DNA of 64,000 bases from assembly GCA_963831755.1 (NCBI GenBank), contig CAWHRC010000010.1, forward strand, positions 4,785 to 68,784. The letters are read 5' to 3'. Positions within the stretch are counted from its first letter, which is position 1. The number at the start of each line of letters is the position of its first letter. The notes beneath the pieces are model-generated. The model saw only the letters and a list, made by a program, of their open reading frames with translations, did no database searches and was not told the DNA's origin. Made by a program: the position numbers and the translations under genes. This document shows positions 43,942-54,124 of this stretch, piece by piece. The stretch comes from an uncultured Acidobacteriota bacterium (lineage in GTDB: Bacteria; Acidobacteriota; Vicinamibacteria; Fen-336).

Positions 43942-43958
43942 GGATTTCGGCCAAATCC
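43942..43958. promoter_or_regulatory. Palindromic operator-like site in the divergent lat / cNMP-DUF4388 intergenic region
   Basis: GGATTT-N5-AAATCC in an AT-richer spacer; TATAAT follows at 43999-44004. Confidence 0.3.
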
Positions 43959-44013
43959 TAGCATAGTTTGGCGGGGCCGGCCGGGCGTGCCGGGCCGGTA
44001 TAATCGCCGCGGA

Positions 44014-45003
44014 ATGGAAGACCTCATCGATCCCGGCTTCCTCCGCAACTCCGAGCTGTTCGAGAACCAGCCTGCCGAGGTGATCCGGGCCGTGCTCGCA
44101 CAGGGCAGCCTGCTCGAGTACGGGCCGGGCGACGTCGTGTGCCGCCAGGGCGACGAGGGCGACCGGCTGTTCGTCGTGGACAGCGGCGTGCTGGAGGTCG
44201 TTGCCGTGCAGAGCGACGGCACCGAGCCGGTGACGATCGCCTACCTCGGCACGGGCGAGGTCTTCGGGGAGCTGGCCCTGCTCACCGGCTCGCCCCGCAG
44301 CGCCACCGTCCGTTCACCGGAGCACGCCGTCGTCTTCGCGGTCGAGAAGCGGGTGTTCCTCGACCTGATGGACGTGCTGCCGGCCTTCTCCCGCAACCTC
44401 TGCCTCGTGCTCGCCCGGCGGCTCGAGCAGACGACGCTGAAGGTGCCGCGCAGCGCGGGCAAGCAGCTGCAGGGCAACCTCAAGTACTTCGACCTCGCGA
44501 CCGTGATCCAGACCCTGATCGGCTCGCACCAGACGGGGGCGCTGGTCGTCACGCACGACAAGCACAAGCTCGCCGAGATCTTCTTCTTCCGCGGCAACAT
44601 CGCGCGGGCCAAGTACCGCCACCTCTCGGGCGACGACGCCGTGTTCCAGCTGTTCCAGAGCACCGTCGAGGGCGAGTTCTCGTTCACCGGCCGCGAGGTG
44701 GAGGAGAACGAGATCCAGGCCGAGATCAGCATGCCGGCGATCTCGCTGCTGATGGAGTCGGTGCGCCTGCAGGACGAGCTGCCGCTGCTGCGCGAGAAGC
44801 TGCCCGACCCCGGCCGCGTGTTCCACCAGAAGGCCTCGCAGCTCTCGTGGGAGGAGCCCGACTCGATCGAGCTGGCGGCGGCCGTCTGGTCGCGGCTGAA
44901 GAAGGGGGCGACGCTCCTGGACCTGGAGCGCGAGGTGCCGCGCTCGTCGTACGCGATCTACCGCACGGTGTCGGCGCTGCTCGACGCCGGCCAGATCGAG
45001 TGA
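44014..45003 (+). CDS. Cyclic-nucleotide-binding domain + DUF4388 protein
   Basis: QGDEGDRLFVV.SG.LEV, GEVFGELALL.GSPRSATV (cNMP signature); GNL..FDLATVIQTL...QTG.L (DUF4388). Confidence 0.85.
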   Translation: MEDLIDPGFLRNSELFENQPAEVIRAVLAQGSLLEYGPGDVVCRQGDEGDRLFVVDSGVLEVVAVQSDGTEPVTIAYLGTGEVFGELALLTGSPRSATVRSPEHAVVFAVEKRVFLDLMDVLPAFSRNLCLVLARRLEQTTLKVPRSAGKQLQGNLKYFDLATVIQTLIGSHQTGALVVTHDKHKLAEIFFFRGNIARAKYRHLSGDDAVFQLFQSTVEGEFSFTGREVEENEIQAEISMPAISLLMESVRLQDELPLLREKLPDPGRVFHQKASQLSWEEPDSIELAAAVWSRLKKGATLLDLEREVPRSSYAIYRTVSALLDAGQIE

Positions 45004-45010
45004 GCCCGCG

Positions 45011-45517
45011 CTACACCTTGGCCGCGTCGCGCAGCAGCGCCCGGATGCGGGCGCCCTCCACCCGGGCGTCCTCCAGCTCGCGGGTGAGGCGCGTGATGCG
45101 GCTGCGCTTCGCGAGGAAGCCCCAGCTCGCGGCCTCCAGCAGCAGGGCGCACACGAGCGCCACGGCGACCGCCTGCCACAGCAGCGCAGCGTCGACGGGC
45201 GCGCGGTTCGCCAGCACCTGGTAGCCGGCGTACGCGACACCGACTGCGATCCCGTTCACGCCGATCCCGAAGCTGAGGCGCGTCCGCGCGATCTCGGACT
45301 CCAGCCGCTCCACCAGCGTCTCGTTCTGCGACAGCGTCTCGCGCAGCGGGCCGACGTCCGCGAGCACCAGGCGCAGGCGCTCGCCGCGGACCACCTTGTG
45401 CTTCGTCCCGCACTTGCCGCACTTTATGTGATCGCCGTGCGCGTAGCGGTCGAGGACCTCGACTTCCTCGCGGCAGTACACGCAGCGCGCCTTCGCGAAC
45501 CCGCCACCGTTGCTCAT
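45011..45517 (-). CDS. Zinc-ribbon / coiled-coil / two-TM hypothetical protein
   Basis: CVYC-x17-CGKC, coiled coil, two hydrophobic helices, basic coiled-coil tail. Confidence 0.72.
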   Translation of the reverse strand: MSNGGGFAKARCVYCREEVEVLDRYAHGDHIKCGKCGTKHKVVRGERLRLVLADVGPLRETLSQNETLVERLESEIARTRLSFGIGVNGIAVGVAYAGYQVLANRAPVDAALLWQAVAVALVCALLLEAASWGFLAKRSRITRLTRELEDARVEGARIRALLRDAAKV

Positions 45518-45626
45518 CTCGAGAACCCGCCCGGCGCCGGGGGCCTCCGGCCCGAAGCGTAGCAGACCACGCTTTCCCCGCCAATCGCCTGGCACTTTCC
45601 CGCCCGATCGGTGCCACACTTGTGCC

Positions 45627-46067
45627 GTGGCTGCGACGGCCAGGTGCCAGCGCTGCGGCGCCACCAACCGGGTGGACGCCGAGAAGGTACGGCAGGGCCT
45701 GCAGCCGGTCTGCGGCCGCTGCGGGGCGGGGCTGACGAAGGCGCCGTCGCAGGTGCTCGAGGTCAGCGAGGCCCGCTTCGACGAGGACGTCCTCCGCTCG
45801 CCGCTGCCCGTGCTGCTCGACGTGTGGGCGCCGTGGTGCGTGCCGTGCCGCGGCATGGAGCCCGTGATCGAGGAGCTCGCGACGCAGCTGGCCGGGAAGG
45901 TGCGGGTCGCCAAGCTCAACTCCGACCGCAGCCCGGGCGCGGTCGCGCGCCTGCGCATCCAGGGCATCCCGACGCTGATCGTGTTCAGGGAAGGCCAGGA
46001 GGTCGCGCGTCTGGTCGGCGCCCGCGCCAAGGCCGAGATCCTGCGCACGGTGGGCGAGCCGTCCTGA
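45627..46067 (+). CDS. trxC: Thioredoxin 2 (TrxC)-like protein with N-terminal zinc finger
   Basis: CQRC..TNRV...CGRC; WAPWCVPCR; IQGIPTLIVF. Confidence 0.85.
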   Translation: MAATARCQRCGATNRVDAEKVRQGLQPVCGRCGAGLTKAPSQVLEVSEARFDEDVLRSPLPVLLDVWAPWCVPCRGMEPVIEELATQLAGKVRVAKLNSDRSPGAVARLRIQGIPTLIVFREGQEVARLVGARAKAEILRTVGEPS

Positions 46068-46130
46068 ACCCGCGCGCCCGGGAACCCGGGACGGCCCCCG
46101 CGCGTCATTGGGTGGAAGCAGGAGTGCGCC

Positions 46131-46818
46131 ATGAGACTTGCCGGAGCCCTCGCCGCCGTGCTCTTCGCAGTCTCCATTCCCGCGTGGGCGGGGCCGGAGC
46201 CGCCGCCGCCTGACCCGGCGCCACCGGTCGTGGCCCCCGCCCCTCCGGCCGAGGCGCCGGCAGCCCCGCCGCCCGACACGCCCCCGCCAGGCGCGCCCTC
46301 GAGCCCGCCCCGGAAAGACCCGGCCCCCGACCCCAGCCTGCCGGCCCGGACGGACGTCACGATCGACCGCCAGAACCAGGTCATGGCCGGCGTCGGCTTC
46401 GGCGGGCCGACAGGCGCCGTCCTGCGCGTCGACCTGCTGCATGGGCTGGGCGCGGACGTACGCGAGGAGAAGGAGCGCGTGAAGGCCGTCTGCGCCGTGC
46501 CGCTGCCGCACTGCGGGCACGGCTTCCTGCTCGGTGCCGAGGCGGGGTCCGGCGGGGGCAAGCTGAGCCTCGGCGTCGGCGCGAACGCCCGCGTCGACAG
46601 CGAGGACTTCCACGGTACCGTGGGCGTCGCGCTCCAGCTCTCGCTGGCTCGCACCTGGGGCTCGCCGATCGGCACCGACGAGAGGCCTGACCTACCTCGG
46701 CCCCGAGCTCGACCTCTACGTCCTGCGCTTCGGCCTCACGCTCGGGACGCTGTGGCGCGTCTCCGGCACGGGCGGCTCGTCCTTCCTGCTCTCCTGGGGA
46801 GTCGGGATCCGCCTGTAG
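46131..46818 (+). CDS. Secreted Pro-rich protein with probable small outer-membrane beta-barrel (frameshift near 46680)
   Basis: Signal peptide, PAPP-rich linker, alternating amphipathic strands ending LSWGVGIRL. Confidence 0.6.
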
Positions 46819-46836
46819 CCGAACGAGCTCTGGCGC

Positions 46837-47811
46837 TCACTCGAACGCGATCCCGACTCTCTGGCCCGCGGCCTTCACCTGGTCGCGGGCCGCGTCGTAC
46901 TCGGACTCGCTCGCCAGGTGCTCGAGCATGAGCGGCGCGTCCGGGGCGTGCCGCGCGTGCTCCGTGAGCAGGACACCGTAGTCGATCGAGCCCAGGCCGA
47001 TCCGCACCTCCTTGAAGTGCACCGCCATCTCGATCTCCCAGCCCAGGTCCTTCGCGTGGACGCTGGCCACGTGGGGGCCCAGCTTCGCGTAGCACTCGCG
47101 CACGAGGTCGCTCGAGCGGTAGTAGCGCGCCGGCGAGTTGACGAGGTTGCAGGGGTCGAGGTGCACCGCGAAGCCCGTGCGATCGACGGCCCTCAGCATC
47201 CGCAGGCAGGCGTCGGGGCTGTCGGGCAGCGACCAGGCCATCATCTCGTAGCAGAACCGGGTGCGCGTCGGCTTGACGGCGTCGAGGATCGCACGCGCGT
47301 TCTCGACCGCCGCGTCGAAGAAGCGCTGCGAGAGGTTGTCCGGGTGCGGGCCGAACCAGCTCGTGGGGTTGAACGAGCCCGCGATGTCGACGCAGCAGCG
47401 GGCGCCTGTGGCCTCGGCCAGCGCGAGCCCCTCGGTCACGGTCGTCAGGTTCCTGCGCCGCGCCTCGGCGTCCGGGTCGAGCAGGTTGACCCAGCGGCCG
47501 ACCTCCGCGATCACCACGTCCTGCTTCGTGAAGGCGTCGACGGTCGCGCGGATCCGCTCGCGGTCGTCGATCCGGATCTCGGGGCAGTACGCGGCGCGAT
47601 AGCCCTTCGCGCGGTGCGCCCGCGCCAGCGCCTCGGGGTCGGCGCCCACTACGGACAAAGGAGCGCCGAGCCGCAGCACCCGTGCGGCGGCGCCGGTCTC
47701 GCGAGTCGGGGCCGCCGGGCCCGCGGCCCGGGCGGGGGCGGCGTGTGCGAGCGGTGCTGCCGCGACAGCCGTCGCGGCAGCCAGGAACGAGCGACGGTCG
47801 AAGGCGTCCAT
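46837..47811 (-). CDS. Tat-exported sugar-phosphate isomerase/epimerase (xylose-isomerase-like TIM barrel)
   Basis: DRRSFL Tat motif; CYEMM, VHLDPCN, SVHAKD, LMLEH metal-ligand pattern. Confidence 0.8.
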   Translation of the reverse strand: MDAFDRRSFLAAATAVAAAPLAHAAPARAAGPAAPTRETGAAARVLRLGAPLSVVGADPEALARAHRAKGYRAAYCPEIRIDDRERIRATVDAFTKQDVVIAEVGRWVNLLDPDAEARRRNLTTVTEGLALAEATGARCCVDIAGSFNPTSWFGPHPDNLSQRFFDAAVENARAILDAVKPTRTRFCYEMMAWSLPDSPDACLRMLRAVDRTGFAVHLDPCNLVNSPARYYRSSDLVRECYAKLGPHVASVHAKDLGWEIEMAVHFKEVRIGLGSIDYGVLLTEHARHAPDAPLMLEHLASESEYDAARDQVKAAGQRVGIAFE

Positions 47812-47899
47812 GCCATTCCTCCGGGCCGGGCGCCACGCCCGGCCGCCGCCATTCTAGGATTGACGGAGGGCGGAGGGGTCTCGCCGCACGGAGGCGCGC

Positions 47900-48219
47900 A
47901 TGGCCGGCACGCTGCTGATCGTCCACGTACACGCGCACGTGAAGAAGGGGGCCGAGGAGGCCTTCCGCATCGCCTCGCTCGCCAACGCAGCGGCGAGCCG
48001 GCGCGAGCCGGGCGTCGTGCGCTTCGACCTGCTCGAGGACCGCGACGACCCGGCCCGCTTCCTGCTGGTCGAGGTCTACGAGGACGCGGCCGCGGCGGCC
48101 GCCCACAAGGACACACCCCACTACGCCGCCTGGCGCGACGCGCGTCTCCGGCCTGATGGCCGAGCCGCGGCGCAGCGTCGAAGTACGTCAACGTCTCGCC
48201 CGACGACGCCGGCTGGTAG
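47900..48219 (+). CDS. ABM-family (LsrG/YgiN-like) protein (frameshift near 48140)
   Basis: EPGVVRFDLL.D.DDP.RF.L.EVY.D..A...H..TPHY..WRD. Confidence 0.82.
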
Positions 48220-48229
48220 CCCCACGAGC

Positions 48230-49380
48230 TTGCGCTTCGAGTTCGCGACGGCGACACGGATCGTCTTCGGCCCCGGCTCGCTCGACGAGCTGGGCCCGAT
48301 CGCCACTTCCCTCGGCCGCCGCGCCCTGCTGGTGACGGGGCGGACGCCCGAGCGTGCCGCCCCCGCGCGCGAGCGCCTGGCCGCCGCCGGCGTCGAGACG
48401 GCGCTGTTCAGCGTCGCGGGCGAGCCGACCGTCGGCGACGTGCGGTTGGGCGTGCAGCGGGCGCGGGAAGAGGAGGCCTCGATCGTCGTCGCCTTCGGCG
48501 GCGGCAGCGCCCTCGACGCCGGCAAGGCCATCGCGGCGCTCGTCGGGAGCGGCGGCGACCCGCTCGACTACCTCGAGGTGGTCGGCCGCGGCCGGCCGCT
48601 CGGCAAGCCGCCCCTGCCCCTGGTCGCCGTCCCCACCACCGCCGGCACCGGCTCCGAGGTGACGCGCAACGCCGTCCTGGCCTCGGCGGAGCACCGCGTC
48701 AAGGCCAGCCTGCGCAGCCCGCTGATGCTCGCGCGCGCGGCGATCGTCGACCCCGACCTGCTCGCCGGGCTGCCGCCGCCCGTCGTCGCGGCGAGCGGCC
48801 TCGACGCTTTCGCCCAGCTCGTCGAGCCGTTCGTCTCGCTGCGCGCGAACCCGCTGGTCGACGCGCTCTGCCGCGAGGGGATCGCCCGCTCCGCGCGCTC
48901 GCTGCGCCGCGCGTACGAGGGCGACCGCGGCCGGCTGTGCGCGTCGACCTGGCGCTGGCCAGCCTGTTCGGGGGCCTCGCGCTGGCGAACGCGGGGCTCG
49001 GCGCCGTGCACGGGTTCGCCGCCCCGGCGGGTGGCATGTTCGAGGCGCCGCACGGTGCGGCCTGCGCGGCGCTGCTGCCCGCCGTCGTGCGCGTGAACGT
49101 GCGGGCGCTCCTCGAGCGGGCGCCGGACAGCCCCGCGCTCGCCCGCTACCGCGAGGTCGCCTCGATCGTGACGGGACGGGCAGCCGACGTCGAGACCGCG
49201 GTCGCCTGGGTCGCCGACCTGGTTCGCGCGCTCGGCGTGCCCGGTCTCGCACGCTGGGGCGCGGGCGAGGCGGACGTGCCGGCGCTGGTCGCGAAGGCGC
49301 GTGCCGCGAGCTCCATGAAGGGAAACCCGATCGCGCTCGAGGACGCCGAGCTCGAGGAGATCGCGCGCACGTCCCTGTGA
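48230..49380 (+). CDS. Iron-containing alcohol dehydrogenase (frameshift near 48935)
   Basis: GGGSALDAGKA, VPTTAGTGSEVT, VDPDL, GLDAFAQ, NAGLGAVHG...PHG. Confidence 0.88.
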
Positions 49381-49400
49381 GCCAGCGCGCCGCCGCGGGC

Positions 49401-50211
49401 CTAGCGGATCGTCCAGGCCAGCCCGGCCGTCGCGCCCCACGATGCCGTCGGCCGCCGCGAGGCCGCGCCGCAGCGCGACGCTCCACACGACGCGCCCACG
49501 CGTCCAGCGCAGGCCCGCCCTGGCCTCGGAGCGGGCGTCCGTGCCCGGCCGGCCGTCTCCGGCGCGCCCGGCCAGCTCGAGGAGCGCCGAGAGGGCCGCG
49601 CGGAGCGGCCACTCGAGCGCGAGCCCGTAGATGAGGAAGTCGCGCTGGTCGTGCGGCCGATACACCTCGTCGGCGAGGAACAGCCCCACGTTCGCGTGGA
49701 GCCGTCCGCGGCCCACGGGCCGGGTCAGCAGTCCCTCGGCGAAGAAGCGCAGCGTGTTCGGGCCCAGGCCGAGCGGCCGGAACTGCTTGTCCTCGTACGA
49801 GGTCTCGGGCAGGAACACGCCGAAGCGCGCGCCCAGCGTCGGCCGGCCCGCCCCGCCTTCGGCGATCCGCCACTTGGCCCGCAGCGCGACGTCGCCGAAG
49901 TCCGAGGACTGCGCGCCGCCGCGCTGGTGGTCGCCCCACACGCCGACACGTGCCGTCCACTCGACGTCCAGCTCCACGCTCGCGGCGGGCGAGTAGACGA
50001 GGCGCAGCAGCGGCCCGCTCCAGGCCGTGCGCTGGACGCCGGTCACGTAGCTCGGCTCGTCCGCGATGGCGTCGAAGCCGGTCTCCAGGACGATGCGGCC
50101 GGCCGGGGCGGTGGTGGCGGGCTCGGTCTGCAGCGGCTGGTCCTGGGCGGCCGCGGGGGCGGCGGACACGAGCAGCAGGGCGAGCGGTGTGAGCCAGGCC
50201 GTGGCGCGCAT
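49401..50211 (-). CDS. Putative outer-membrane beta-barrel protein (frameshift near 49440)
   Basis: Signal peptide AAA-Q; DFGDVALRAKWRI and amphipathic strands; ends GATAGLAWTIR. Confidence 0.6.
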
Positions 50212-50388
50212 CGAGCGGCGAGTAGACCACGGCGCCGCGGCCGCGCCAACCGACCGCTGCACCGAGCGAGAGTCGGGTGAGGCGGTCGTGCGCGCTGTGG
50301 CGGCGCTGCGGCTCGCACCCCTCCTCGGCGTGCCCTAGAATGCTCGCCCATCCCAGCACTTGCGTCGTGCGTGCCGGCGCCGTTCCGG

Positions 50389-50403
50389 TGGCACGCCGAT
50401 TGA
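50389..50403 (+). promoter_or_regulatory. Possible sigma54 promoter for the HhH gene
   Basis: TGGCACG-CCGA-TTGA: perfect -24 box, but the -12 box reads TTGA rather than TTGC. Confidence 0.33.
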
Positions 50404-50451
50404 AAGGGCCGGGGCAGGTGTGGGCCGCGAGGCCCGCCAAGGAGGACTGAG

Positions 50452-50787
50452 GTGAAGCGACTCTTCGCACCCCTGACGGGGCTCGCGCTCTGTGCCCTGC
50501 TCGCCGCTCCGGCGCTGGCCGACAACCCGACCAAGAGCGCGGCCAAGGCCCAGACGGCCACGGCCGCCAAGCAGGCGCCGGCGGCCGCGAAGGCCGACGA
50601 GCTCCTGGACCTCAACACGGCCACCGAGGCCCAGCTGATCGCCCTGCCGGGCGTCGGCGAGGCCTACGCGAAGAAGATCATCGCGGGCCGGCCCTACAAG
50701 AGGAAGGACGAGCTGGTCTCGAAGAAGATCGTGCCCGAGAAGTCCTACGACAAGTTCAAGGAGAAGGTGATCGCGAAGCAGAAGTAG
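50452..50787 (+). CDS. ComEA-like helix-hairpin-helix DNA-binding protein, secreted
   Basis: Signal peptide; [31 protein letters not shown]; SD AGGAGG. Confidence 0.88.
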   Translation: MKRLFAPLTGLALCALLAAPALADNPTKSAAKAQTATAAKQAPAAAKADELLDLNTATEAQLIALPGVGEAYAKKIIAGRPYKRKDELVSKKIVPEKSYDKFKEKVIAKQK

Positions 50788-50891
50788 CGATCGCCGCCCG
50801 TCGCCCGACCGAGCCGCCCGGCGCGCGCAAGCCGCCGGCGGCTCGGCTTGTGTCCGCACGCTTCGTTTGAGAAAATACTCTGTTCGCTTCC

Positions 50892-52288
50892 ATGTCGACT
50901 CCCACTGCATTGATGCTACTGGCGGGCTTGCTGTCGCCGCTGTGCGCGTCCGCCCAGCAGCTGGCGGAGCCGGGCGCGTTCACGGTGTTCCAGGGAGGGG
51001 TCCCGTCCGGCCAGGCCACGGCGGACGAGATCCCGCTCACGCTCGCTGACGCGATCGCCCGCGGCCTGCGCTCGAACCTCGGGGCGATCCTCGGCGGCAC
51101 CGCGGTCGAAGCGGCCCGGGGGGCGCGCCGCGAGACGCTGGCCGACCTGCTGCCGCAGCTGGGTCTGAGCGCGACCGAGTCCCGCCAGAAGATCAACCTC
51201 GCGGCGTACGGCTTCTCCCTCCCCGGCGTCCCGCAGCTGGTCGGGCCCTTCGACGTCTTCGACGCCCGGGCCCACATCCAGCAGTCGGTGTTCGACCTGC
51301 ACGCCGATCCACCGCGCCCACGCGGCGCGGGACGCGGTCGACGCGGCCCGCCAGGACGAGCTCGGTGCGCGCGACCTCGTCGTGCTCGCCTGCGGGCAGC
51401 TGTACCTGCAGGCGCTGGCGGGCGAGGCGCGCATCGAGTCGGCGCGCGCGCAGCTCGCGACGGCCGAGGCGCTGCTCGGCACGGCCCGCGACCGCCGGAG
51501 CCTCCGGCCTGGGCGCCGGCATCGAGGCGCTGCGCGCCGACGTGCAGGCGCAGACGCTGCGGCAGCGCCTGATCGTGGCCGAGCAGGACGCGGCGAAGCA
51601 GAAGCTGGCGCTGGCCCGCGCGATCGGCCTGCCGCTCGGCCAGCGCTTCCGCCTGGCCGACCCGATGCCGTTCGGCGCCGGCCGTGCCGATCAGCGTCGA
51701 CGAGGCGGTGTCGCAGGCCTGGGCCGGACGGCCCGACCTGAAGGCGGCGCAGGCGCGGGTGGACGCCGCGCAGGAGGCCTGGAAGGCCGCGCGTGGCGAG
51801 GCGCTGCCGTCGCTGGCCGTGATGGGCGACTACGGCGCGATCGGCCACACGGTCTCGGGCGCGCTCGGCACGTTCACGCTCGGCGGCCTCGCTGCGCGTG
51901 CCGGTCTTCGAAGGCGGCCGCGCCGCGGCCCGCGCCAGCGAGGCGGCGGTCCGCCTGCGCCAGGAGCGCGCGCGGCTCGACGACCTGCGGGCCCGCGTCT
52001 ACTACGAGGTGCAGGCCGTCTTCCTCGACCTGCGCGCGGCCGAGGAGCGCGTGACGCGTCGCCGAGAGCGCGCTCGGGCTCGCGCGGCAGCAGCTCGAGC
52101 AGAGCCGCGACCGCTTCGCGGCGGGCGTCGCCGACAACCTGGAGGTGGTGCAGGCGCAGGAGGCGCTGGCCGCCGCGGAGGAGAGCCGGATCGCCAGCCT
52201 GTACGCGCACAACGCCGCCCGCTTCTCGCTGGCGCGGGCGCTGGGCGGCGCGGAGACGAGCTACGAGGCGCTCGTGAAAGGACGCTAG
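50892..52288 (+). CDS. TolC-family outer-membrane efflux protein (several frameshifts)
   Basis: LTLADAIARGLRSN, LLPQL, RPDLKAAQARV, PVFEGG, RDRF.AGV...LEVVQAQ. Confidence 0.82.
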
Positions 52289-53488
52289 ATGGCCGAGGGC
52301 GCACAGGGGGCACAGGACGTTCAGGCGGGCCCGCGCGGGCCGCTCGCGACGGCTGCGCGCGACGGGCGGCCGCACGCGCGCGGCCCTGGTGGTGGCCGCG
52401 GTCGCGGTGCTGGCCGTGGTGCTGCTGGCGTGGCGCTACTACGCCGTGCGCGAGTCGACGGACGACGCGCAGATCGACGCCCACGTCAGCCCGGTGTCCG
52501 CCCGCGTCGGCGGCACCGTGCTCGAGGTGCTGGTCAAGGACAACCAGCGCGTCGAGAAGGGCGCGCTGCTCGTGCGCATCGACCCGCGCGACTACCAGGT
52601 GGCGCTCGCCCGCGCCCAGGCCGACCTCGCCGAGAACGAGGCGACGGCGCGCGCGGCGCGCGCGACGGTGCCGCTCACGTCGACCACCACCAACGCGCAG
52701 GAGACGGGCGCGGACAGCGAGGTGGCGGGCGCCGAGGCGCGGCTCGCGGCGGCGCGGGCCCAGCTGCAGGGAGGCCGAGGCGCGCGAGCGGCAGACGGCC
52801 GCGGACGTCGAGCGGCTTCAAGCCGCTGCTGGCCAAGGACGAGGTGTCGCGCCAGCAGTTCGACCTCGCCACGACTGGCGGCCGACGCCGCGCGCGCGGG
52901 ACGCGAAGCCGCCGCCGCGGCGGTGTCCGGCGCCGAGAAGGCGGTGAGCGCGGCGCGCGCGCGGCTCACGCAGGCACGGACGGGCCGCGAGCAGGTCGCG
53001 ATCGTCGACGCCCGCGCGGCCTCCTCGGCGGCCAAGGCCGACATGGCCCGCGCCGCGGTCGAGCAGGCGACGCTCAACCTCGCCTACACCGAGGTGCGCG
53101 CGCCCGTCGCCGGCATCGTCAGCCGCCGCACGGTCGAGGTGGGCCAGGTGGTCCAGGCCGGCCAGCCGCTGCTCGCGCTCGTCGACCTCGAGGACGTGTG
53201 GGTGACGGCCAACTTCAAGGAGAACCAGCTCGCCTCGATCAAGCCGGGCCAGCCGGTCGACGGTCGAGGTCGACGCGTTCGGCGGCCGCCGCTACCGCGG
53301 CCGCGTCGACAGCATCGCGGCCGCGACCGGCGCGCGCTTCTCGCTGCTGCCGCCCGAGAACGCCACCGGCAACTTCGTCAAGGTGGTGCAGCGCGTGCCG
53401 GTGAAGATCGTGCTCGAGCCCGGGCAGGACCGGGAGCACCGGCTGCGCCCGGGCATGTCGGTGCGTCCCGACCGTGCTCACGCGATGA
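52289..53488 (+). CDS. EmrA/HlyD-family membrane fusion protein (frameshifted)
   Basis: ESTDDAQID, VKDNQRVEKG.LL..IDP.DY, VRAPVAG.V, ANFKENQL, FSLLPPENATGNFVKVVQRVPV.I. Confidence 0.9.
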
Positions 53489-54121
53489 GCGCTCGCGGGC
53501 TGGCGCGTCGTCACGGTCGGCCGCGAGTACGGCAGCGGCGGCGCCGCCGTCGCCGCCGCGCTCGCGCGAGCGGCTCGGCTTCCGCCTGCTCGACCGCGCG
53601 CTGATCGATCGCATCGCCGAGGCCGCGCGCATCGATCCCGGCGCTGGCGGCGCGCCTCGACGAGCACGTCGACGGCTGGGCCGCCCGCGTGGCGCGCGCG
53701 CTGCGCTTCGGCCCGTTCGAGGTGGTGTCGCCGGTGGACGGCGACGCCATCCTCGACGCGCAGCGGCTGCAGGCGCTCACCGCCGCCGTGATCGAGGAGG
53801 CCGCGCGCGGAGGCGACTGCGTGATCGTGGGCCGCGGCGCGCAGTGCCTGCTGCGGAGACGGCCCGACGTCTTCCACGTGTTCGTCTACGCGCCGCACGA
53901 GGAGCGCGTGCGCCGGCTGCGCCAGCGGCTGGGGCCGGACGCCGACGTGGATTCCCTGATCGAGCAGGTCGACCGCGAGCGCGCCGCCTACGTGCAGCAG
54001 CACTTCGGCTGCAACTGGCTCGACCCGCAGCCTGTACCACCTGATGGTGAACGCCGCGCTCGGCGAGGAGGCGGCGGTGGCCGCGATCCAGGCCGCGCTC
54101 GAGGCGCGCCGGCCGTCCTGA
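53485..54121 (+). CDS. Cytidylate-kinase-like family protein with degenerate P-loop (frameshifted)
   Basis: VVTVGREYGSGGAAVA...LGFRLLDR, CVIVGRGA, HVFVYAP..ER, DRERAAYVQQHF; ATGA overlap with the emrA-type gene. Confidence 0.8.
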
Positions 54122-54124
54122 ACC

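Noticed and set aside
45870-45900. Selenocysteine or stop-codon readthrough in redox genes
   Set aside because: The thioredoxin and other Cys-motif genes use ordinary TGC codons; I found no in-frame TGA within conserved domains.
50809-50850. Intrinsic terminator after the HhH gene
   Set aside because: GC-rich inverted repeats exist, but no clear U-tract follows and such stems arise readily at this GC content.
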